Below are positions 35,731-42,112 of a stretch of DNA of 42,112 nucleotides, one piece after another. The stretch spans positions 1 to 42,112 of the forward strand of contig CAZIBS010000004.1 in assembly GCA_964537405.1 (NCBI GenBank), read 5' to 3'. The notes under the pieces are model-generated. The model did not search any database and was not told where the DNA came from. It worked only from the letters and a program-made list of their open reading frames with translations. The stretch's first letter is position 1. Each line of letters opens with the position of its first letter. The stretch is from an uncultured Thermoanaerobaculia bacterium. Lineage in GTDB: Bacteria; Acidobacteriota; UBA4820; DSQY01. Made by a program: the position numbers and the translations under genes.

Positions 35731-35835
35731 GGAGCACGTCCGCAATCCGGCCGAGCCCATCGCTGATTTTGGGGGGAAGGTTGCAAAGACGCCGGCTTTC
35801 TGCTATAAAGAGCGGTTCGTGGAAGGAGTTTCACC

Positions 35836-36027
35836 ATGTCTAGAGTATGTGATATCTGTGGTAAGAAACCTGGAGTAGGCAATAATATCAGCCATGCGCA
35901 CAACCTGACGAAGAGGCGCTGGCTTCCGAACCTTCAAAATGTTAAGGCCAAGGTAAACGGCCAGACCAAGACCATGCGCGTCTGCACAAAATGCCTCAAG
36001 GCTGGTAAGGTTCAGAAGGCCGGTTAA
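35836..36027 (+). CDS. rpmB: 50S ribosomal protein L28
   Basis: The 63-aa protein reads [34 protein letters not shown] ... [21 protein letters not shown] is present. Confidence 0.9.
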   Translation: MSRVCDICGKKPGVGNNISHAHNLTKRRWLPNLQNVKAKVNGQTKTMRVCTKCLKAGKVQKAG

Positions 36028-36062
36028 ATAACCGCAACGATGGCTACACTCCACTCCAAGGC

Positions 36063-37208
36063 TTAATCCGCGGCGCCGGGGTAATCGTTCAGGAACTCCA
36101 GGAGTTCTTCAGCGGCCCGGGCGGAGGCGTTGCCTTTGCCGAGTTTCTGCCTTATCTCGGAGGAAATGGAGGCCGCGTTCCGTTCTGAAGCCTCTTCCGT
36201 TTCAACCATGCGCTCAACTTCATGGACCACCCTTTCCGCTGTGAACTCTCCCTGGATGAATTCCGGTATTGCCGCACGGCCAAGCACTACATTCGGCAGA
36301 CCAACGTACGGCAGCTTTACCAGGCGTTTTCCCATGGCATAGGTAAGTGCCTTTACGCGGTAAACGATGGTCGAGGGTACGCCCATGAGGGCTGCCTCCA
36401 AAGTGGCGGTTCCCGAGGCTACCACCGCCGCCTGGGAGTAACCCAGGACATCCCTGTAATCTTTGACCCACCGAACACCGAAGCCTTGGTAGGGAGCCTT
36501 TAGCTTCTCCGGCAATCCTTCAGCCCACGGTACGAAGATTGCCATCTCCCGCCGGGTGTGGAGAAGCCGGGAGGCGGCCTCCATCATTGGTGGAAGGTTG
36601 CGCTTTACCTCCGAGGCCCTGCTGCCGGGTAGAAGAGAGACTCGTTTTATCTCCGGCCCGATGGAATGCCGAAACAGGAAAGATTCCAGGGATGAATCGG
36701 TGTGAGCCGTGTCGATAAGGGGATGGCCTACGAAGCGCGCATCCACGCCGTGCGCTTGAAGAAATGATTCCTCGAAGGGGAAGATGACGAGGGCGCGATT
36801 TACGTACCTGCGGAGGAAGCGTGTTCGGCCCCGGCGCCATGCCCATACCTGGGGAGTGATGTAGTAGACCACCGGTATGCCGAGGGCGCGGGCGTACTTA
36901 GCCAGCCTGAAGTTGAAGTCGGGGAAATCCACGAGAAGCAGTGCATCGGGGCGCCGCTCTCTAAGAGTCCTCTTCAGCCTGTTCATTTCCAGCCACAACC
37001 CCGGAAGGCTGGAGAGCACTTCTCCGATGCCTACGACGGCCAGCTTCTCCATCGGGACAACCACGTCCATTCCTACGGAAGTCAGGGTGGGTCCTCCGGC
37101 GCCGAACCATTTGCTGCCCGGTACAAGTTTATTAAAGGCCGCGGCCAAATGGCCGCCGTGCGTGTCCCCCGAGTGCTCCCCAGCCACGATGGCCAGCCTG
37201 TAGCCCAT
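36063..37208 (-). CDS. lpxB: Lipid-A-disaccharide synthase
   Basis: The N-terminus is MGYRLAIVAGEHSGD. GT-B motifs are present (VYYITPQVWAWR, GSR ... NLPPM, TATLEAALMGVP). The start was taken at the ATG with a GGGAG RBS (37208) rather than the longer ORF. Confidence 0.85.
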   Translation of the reverse strand: MGYRLAIVAGEHSGDTHGGHLAAAFNKLVPGSKWFGAGGPTLTSVGMDVVVPMEKLAVVGIGEVLSSLPGLWLEMNRLKRTLRERRPDALLLVDFPDFNFRLAKYARALGIPVVYYITPQVWAWRRGRTRFLRRYVNRALVIFPFEESFLQAHGVDARFVGHPLIDTAHTDSSLESFLFRHSIGPEIKRVSLLPGSRASEVKRNLPPMMEAASRLLHTRREMAIFVPWAEGLPEKLKAPYQGFGVRWVKDYRDVLGYSQAAVVASGTATLEAALMGVPSTIVYRVKALTYAMGKRLVKLPYVGLPNVVLGRAAIPEFIQGEFTAERVVHEVERMVETEEASERNAASISSEIRQKLGKGNASARAAEELLEFLNDYPGAAD

Positions 37209-37413
37209 TGTCACTCCCATTCCCCCCAGAGCCGTTATTGTAGCCCAGCTCTTGGAAAGCTGTCGAAAAAGGAGCGTTGCCTGCATCGGGGAAGTGGGGG
37301 TTTATTAATCTGCAACTCTTGAAGTCGCCGGGCTTAAGGCGGTCGAGAAGCTTCGTGTAAACGTTCGGGCACTTATTCGAAACCGGTGGAACCACCAGTG
37401 ATACCGGTAATTG

Positions 37414-38089
37414 CTACTTCCAGGTGACGTCGTAGATGCAGTGCGTTTCAATACTGCCTGCCAGAACCGCACACTTAGTGTGGTTCACCTCGATACCCTT
37501 CGCGCCGAGCTTTTCAAGGCCGCCGTAGAGATAGCCGATGACGGTGGAACAGTCAATAGGACCGGCCTTCTCCAGGTCCTTGTTGTCGAGCATGATCTTG
37601 AAGTGCTTCTCCGAGAGTTGTTCCGATACAAGGCGCTCGGCCGCCTTTGCTCCATAGCACTGGCGGTAAATCGTCGCAAAGGCGCCCGTCAGCCATTCTT
37701 CAGGCTTTTTGCCGACGAAGAAAACGTGAAAAACCCCCTCCGCCTGGCGGTGCGCGTTAAAGCGTCCCGCTTCGAATGCAATGCACGGTCTCTTAGAACT
37801 GGTAGTGTAGAGTTGCGAGCCAGGTCCCTGCAGAACCACCGTCATGGCTTTCAGGAAGAATTTGTCAACCCAGTCAGGCAAGTATGAGCTGGCAAGGATT
37901 GCACCGCCGAAGAGACGCTTTTCGAGTTGCTCTCCCCTTTCGTTCCTCTTTGCCAGGCGTACCGCTTCCCGCCGGATGGCCTCCTGCGTATCCTCGAAGT
38001 TAAGGCCCTTTTTCTTGCATATCTCCTGAATAAAGAGCGTTCTGCCCTTAATGAAGTCCCCGAGTTGGTGTTCCTTTTCCTTGTCTCTC
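37414..38089 (-). CDS. Conserved hypothetical protein (about 225 aa, soluble, Cys-containing)
   Basis: An ORF with a GGAGGAG RBS before ATG 38089 (MRDKEKEHQLGDF ...). No motif I can confidently assign. Confidence 0.45.
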
Positions 38090-38173
38090 ATGGTTTCTCC
38101 TCCGCCGTTCCAAATAAACCAACAGAAGTTATTATACTCCTCCCTGGAGAGAAGAATACAACGCTTCCTAAAT

Positions 38174-38270
38174 CCCCAATCCCTTGATGGGTAAAACACC
38201 GTAGGTGCGAAACCGTGGACCGCGGAGTCTTTTCCGACTTTCCGCATCACCCGTCGCGGGATTGGGGACT
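38174..38270 (+). repeat. MITE-like roughly 100-bp element, copy B (perfect 10-bp TIR CCCCAATCCC / GGGATTGGGG)
   Basis: It aligns with 9303-9402. It overlaps the last 24 nt plus stop codon of the minus-strand radical-SAM gene. Confidence 0.65.
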
Positions 38271-40826
38271 TTCCCGCACGCTTTCGAACTCGAGGCCGAG
38301 GCGGGCAAGGGAAAGCCTTGAAGATTCGGGGCCGGGACAGAGAACCTTGACGAGACTCATAAAACCGCCGCGACGAAGGCGTACCGTAAGGCCCCCTTCA
38401 TCCATGGAAAGGGAAAGCACGCGTTCTTTTATATCGTAGCGCCTGGTTTTTTTACCCGTGCGCGTCACCATCCATTCGGCGGCAGCGTTAAGAGCTGATA
38501 CCCTTTCGAGAAAGCCGGTTCGTTCCCCGGAATCGAGGCCTTCGATTCCAACGTGGTAGAGCTGTACGGTGAGTTCGGAGAGTGACGGCGCACCCGGGGG
38601 AACCACCGTGAGCATTTCGGGAACGATTCCGGAAGGAAGGTTTCCCTTGAGCTTTTCAAGCAGGAGGCGCCTGTCGCCGACTATCCCCACGAACTCCCCC
38701 CACTCCTCACGGCCCTCCACGCCGAGCGGAAGCGGGGCGGGAAAAACCACCTTCGGCATCGGATGGTAGCCCTTCGAGTATGCCAGTAGGACGCCCACCC
38801 TCCTGAGAGCGCGGACAAGGGTTTCCACAAAGTCCAAGTGGCCGAGGAAGCGCGCTAATCCCTCCTTTCGGTAGCGGAGCCGAAAAGTGGCGAAGGAACG
38901 GCTGTTGGCGGGGGAGGTTCTCCGGATCGATGCGTCGGGAAGCGGCCTTGCGTATGCGCCGGCAACGCAGGCCTTGGCGAAGGAGCCACAACCAAGACAA
39001 TCAGCGGGTCCGCAGGTCTTCGTGGTCTCACCCTTCAACGCCCTTTGCCACTCATTCCGGAGGAACTTTTTATGGACGCCGACGTCTATAATATCCCAGG
39101 GCAAAGGTTCGTTCTCTCTCCTTTGTCGGTAGATGTAATCCCCGGGCGCCACCCCGCACCGCTCGAAGGCCTCTCTCCACGCGTCCCGTTTAAAGTGTTC
39201 CGACCACGCATCGAGGCGGCAGCCCAGCGAAACCGCCTCTTCCAGGACCTTCGACAGCCGCCTGTCTCCCAGCGAAAAAACACCTTCAACCACGGTTGCA
39301 TCCACGTCGTGCCACTTGAAAGCAATCGGACCACGCAGCATCTTCTTAAGATAACTCTGCTTCTCCCTGAGAACCGCGGCGGGCGCCATCGGATGCCACT
39401 GAAACGGGGTGAATGGTTTAGGCACGAATGAGGATACCGAAACGGTCGCCCTCGGGTGGGAAGCCCCCGCCTCCTTCGCCGTTTTAACAACCAGCCCGGC
39501 GAGGCGCACTATTGCCTCTACGTCTTCATCGGTTTCCAGCGGAAGGCCCATCATGAAGTAGAGCTTTACGAGCTTGACTCCGGCGGAAAAGAGAACGGTG
39601 GAGGCGTTGCATACGTCCTCTTCGGTTATTTTCTTGTTGACAATATCCCGGAGACGCTGGGAACCAGCCTCCGGCGCAATCGTGAAGCTCGTCTTCCTGC
39701 CCGAGGAGAGAGCTTCAACGAGCCGGCGCGTCAGCGAATTCACCCTGAGGCTCGGCATGGCAACGGAGACGCGCCGGTCTTCTCCCTCGTCGGCTATCGT
39801 CTCAATAAGCCTCTCCACCCCTTCGTATTCGCCCGCGTTCAGGCTGAGGAGAGTGACTTCGTTGAAGCCGGTCTTTTCGAGTCCCTCCTCCACCGATTCC
39901 AGAATCGAAGAGGGGGAACGGCGGCGCTCGGGGCGGTAGACGTAGCCCGCCTGGCAGAAACGGCACCCCGCGGAACAACCCCTGGCTATTTCTACGGAGT
40001 AACGGTCATGCACGACCTCGTGGTGCGGAACAATGACATCGGTGGGAAAAGGAAAACGGTCCATATCTTTAAGAAGACGCTTCTTGACCGGGAAGGGAAC
40101 GCCCTTTTCAAGCGGTGCCGTGACCATCTCCATGGCCGTCTCGGGATCAACCGCCGTCTCGTACATGGCCGGAACATAGGCCCCCTCCACCTTTGCCAGC
40201 TCCCGCCAGAGTTCCCTCCTGCTCTTGCCTTTCATGGTCCTGGCCACTTCGCAGAGTTCAAGAAATCCTTCCTCGCCGTCTCCTACCAAGATCGCGTCCA
40301 TGAAGGGAGCGACGGGCTCGGGATTGCAGGCGCACGGGCCTCCCGCGACCACTACCGGGTGGTCCGGCCCCCTCAGGGCCGCCCTCAATGGAATGCGTCC
40401 CATGTTGAGCATGTGGAGAATGTTTGCGTAGTCGAGTTCGAATTGAAGCGAAAAGCCTACAACGTCGAAGTCGCACAGCGGACGCTTCGATTCGAGGCCG
40501 TAGAGGGGCAGGCCGCGGGCGGCCATGGCCTCCTCCATATCGGGCATCACCATGAAGACCCTTTCCGCCCAGAGCCACGGTTGCTCGTTTAAAATCTTGT
40601 AGAGAATCTTCATACCCATGGTACTCATGGCAATTTCGTAGGCGTCGGGAAAGGCGATTGCGACGTGAAACATTTCCGGGCCGTCGTTCTTTACGACCTC
40701 GTTCACCTCCCCTCCCGTGTAACGGGTGGGCTTGGTTACGGTAGTAAGAAAGGAGAGATCCACGGTTCGCTCCACGCTTTGAGACCTCCGCCCATGCTTG
40801 TTCACGGCGGGTGCTCCGAGCGTCAA
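38247..40826 (-). CDS. B12-binding-domain radical SAM protein fused to a C-terminal radical-SAM-associated (DUF2344-like) domain
   Basis: It has the N-terminus KPTRYTGGEVNEVVK ... VAIAFPDAYEIAMSTMGMKILY and the radical-SAM cluster motif ARGCSAGCRFCQAGYV. The C-terminal roughly 250 aa (FRLRYRKEGLARFLGHLDFVETLVRALRR ...) resemble the partner protein usually encoded next to this radical-SAM family. The start is ambiguous, with TTG at 40826 or GTG near 40764. Confidence 0.75.
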   Translation of the reverse strand: MTLGAPAVNKHGRRSQSVERTVDLSFLTTVTKPTRYTGGEVNEVVKNDGPEMFHVAIAFPDAYEIAMSTMGMKILYKILNEQPWLWAERVFMVMPDMEEAMAARGLPLYGLESKRPLCDFDVVGFSLQFELDYANILHMLNMGRIPLRAALRGPDHPVVVAGGPCACNPEPVAPFMDAILVGDGEEGFLELCEVARTMKGKSRRELWRELAKVEGAYVPAMYETAVDPETAMEMVTAPLEKGVPFPVKKRLLKDMDRFPFPTDVIVPHHEVVHDRYSVEIARGCSAGCRFCQAGYVYRPERRRSPSSILESVEEGLEKTGFNEVTLLSLNAGEYEGVERLIETIADEGEDRRVSVAMPSLRVNSLTRRLVEALSSGRKTSFTIAPEAGSQRLRDIVNKKITEEDVCNASTVLFSAGVKLVKLYFMMGLPLETDEDVEAIVRLAGLVVKTAKEAGASHPRATVSVSSFVPKPFTPFQWHPMAPAAVLREKQSYLKKMLRGPIAFKWHDVDATVVEGVFSLGDRRLSKVLEEAVSLGCRLDAWSEHFKRDAWREAFERCGVAPGDYIYRQRRENEPLPWDIIDVGVHKKFLRNEWQRALKGETTKTCGPADCLGCGSFAKACVAGAYARPLPDASIRRTSPANSRSFATFRLRYRKEGLARFLGHLDFVETLVRALRRVGVLLAYSKGYHPMPKVVFPAPLPLGVEGREEWGEFVGIVGDRRLLLEKLKGNLPSGIVPEMLTVVPPGAPSLSELTVQLYHVGIEGLDSGERTGFLERVSALNAAAEWMVTRTGKKTRRYDIKERVLSLSMDEGGLTVRLRRGGFMSLVKVLCPGPESSRLSLARLGLEFESVRESPQSRDG

Positions 40827-40840
40827 GATAACACAGATGA

Positions 40841-40915
40841 CCCGGATTCCGCGATTGAAACACCCGCGCCCGAATCCGCGATTGAACCGGTGGTTGGGCG
40901 ACCCGGATTCACCAT
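40841..40915 (+). repeat. Three degenerate tandem copies of a roughly 30-bp unit (CCCGRATTCCGCGATTGAAAC ...), adjacent to the IS element
   Basis: Direct inspection shows units starting at 40841, 40869 and 40902. The core TCCGCGATTGAAAC also occurs inverted at 5351-5364. Confidence 0.5.
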
Positions 40916-41009
40916 CAAAAAGGTTTTAATCATATTGATAGTTATATTATACAGTGTTATAATGGAGGTGTGAGGGTTACTGAACCGTCACCAAAGATGA
41001 GGAGAAAAG

Positions 41010-42112
41010 ATGGTGCCCGAACTGCTTCCATACAAATACGGTGAGGCAACAAGAGACAGCGGGTTGACGGGGTTGGCTGGATTGCCGGTTTATATGGACT
41101 TTGCGTAGGTGCTGGAATTGAGCAGGTCCATCCGCGGGCGCATGGTGTTGAGGCGGAACGGTCAGGGATGGACGTACTCACGGATCTCGTGGCCGAAGTG
41201 CGGCGCATGAGGCCTGAGTCCGTAGCCACGCCGGATATGGACGCAACGCTGATCGAGACGATGAAAGCAGCGGCTCTGTATAGTTACAAGAAATCCAGGA
41301 GTTATCAACCGCTCAACCTATGGTGGTTTGAGCAACGCCTTTTAGTACACAGTGAATTTCGGGACGGCAACGTCCCCGCGGGATTTGAGCAGCTCAGGGT
41401 TTTTAAGGAAGCACCGCGGCGGTTGCCGGCCGGTGTAGAGAAGGTACGATTAAGGATCGATACGGCCGGGTACGAACACGAGCTTCTTCAATACTGCGAG
41501 CAAGGCAAAAACGAGCGATTTGGCCGAATAGAGTTTGCCGTCGGATGCGACGTGACCCCGGCATTCAAGGCAGCCGTAGCTCTGGCGCCCGAAGAAGAGT
41601 GGAAGCCCATCCGGGATGAAGTGGACGGCCTGAAAATCAAGACCGGCCGGGAATGGGCCGAGGTGGTCTTTGTTCCGAACAAAATGTGCAACACCAAAAA
41701 AGGCACTTACCGCTTTCTTGCGATCCGGGAGCCTCTTGCCAGACCCTGTCTTCCCGGAATGGAAAAGCAGCTTCCATTTCCCACGATGTTTTTCGATAAT
41801 CGGGCCTGCAAGCTTTTCGGGATGGTCAGCAACATGGATTGGGAAGGGGAGACCCTGATTCACTGGCAGAGGCTGAGGTGCGGAGTCAGCGAGCAAGCCC
41901 GCTCGGTGATGAAGGGAGACCTTGCCGGAGGGACGCTGCCCTCCGGGAAGTTCGGGGTTAATGCGGCCTGGTGGACAATTATGATCCTTGCGCTGAACCT
42001 CAATGAGGCCATGAAGGGCCTGGTGCTGGGGAAGGAGTGGGGAAGCCGTCGCATGAAGGCCGTTCGATTCTCCTTGATTCATATAGCCGGGAGCGTCATG
42101 GAGCGCGGAGGC
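41010..42112 (+). mobile_element. IS1380-family (DDE) transposase gene, apparently frameshifted near its 5' end and truncated by the window edge
   Basis: An open frame from about 41045 to the window end (omitted from the ORF track because it has no stop) encodes PDMDATLIETMKAAALYSYKKSRSYQPLNLWW ... LRSGN-like ... GKFGVNAAWWTIMILALNLNEAMKG, typical of IS1380 transposases. A 33-aa ORF in another frame (41010-41108, MVPELLPYKYGEATRDSGLTGLAGLPVY) looks like the transposase N-terminus. Confidence 0.7.

Noticed and set aside
35490-35843. A 117-aa + ORF between lnt and rpmB
   Set aside because: It lies within the repeat cluster, has no RBS or recognisable domain, and its sequence is repeat-derived.
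39456-40592. A 378-aa + strand ORF and a 201-aa minus ORF (40258-40863)
   Set aside because: They are antisense to, or out-of-frame with, the radical-SAM gene.
40841-40915. Possible CRISPR array because of the tandem repeats
   Set aside because: There are only three decaying copies of about 30 bp with no unique spacers of regular length and no cas genes nearby. It is a simple tandem or subterminal repeat next to an IS.
41450-42082. A 210-aa minus-strand ORF
   Set aside because: It is antisense to the IS1380-type transposase frame, which has strong family similarity and runs open to the window edge.
1-42112. tRNA, rRNA or tmRNA genes
   Set aside because: I scanned for T-arm and acceptor-like motifs (GGTTCGAATCC-type) and for rRNA-like conserved blocks. 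None were found outside coding sequence.

Overview
This 42-kb window comes from a GC-rich (about 60%) bacterial chromosome and has no rRNA, tRNA or CRISPR array. Most genes are core housekeeping genes: ftsK, tkt, recG, lnt, lpxB, rpmB, mpl, cvpA and rmuC. There is a dTDP-rhamnose/GDP-mannose precursor locus (DegT aminotransferase, manC-like, short rmlA-like, rmlC-like, rmlD, rmlB and a tandem rmlB paralog) with a NusG paralog embedded as its second gene. A minus-strand fadL-family outer-membrane transporter and a secreted GDSL lipase form an operon that ends in a clear terminator. At the 5' end there is a stand-alone B12-binding domain gene followed by a disrupted crotonase. A flotillin, a hemolysin-III channel, a macro-domain protein coupled to tkt, and a large B12-radical-SAM fusion protein are also present. 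The 3' edge carries an IS1380-family transposase that looks frameshifted and is cut by the window end. Two items look potentially novel. The first is a translationally coupled cassette of three paralogous zinc-ribbon proteins directly downstream of mpl, two of which are membrane-anchored. The second is an 779-aa fusion of a complete class-I aspartate aminotransferase to an HprK-like P-loop domain whose Walker lysine is replaced by arginine. The non-coding space is rich in interspersed repeats: a roughly 100-bp MITE-like element with 10-bp terminal inverted repeats (two copies plus a fragment); two clusters of stacked hairpin repeats (BIME-like, i.e. resembling bacterial interspersed mosaic elements) sharing at least two unit families; a roughly 165-bp pair in inverted orientation flanking 19 kb; and short motifs shared between the hlyIII upstream region, the lnt 3' end and the IS flank. 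All calls were made by eye from the sequence and ORF track; no database searches were run.
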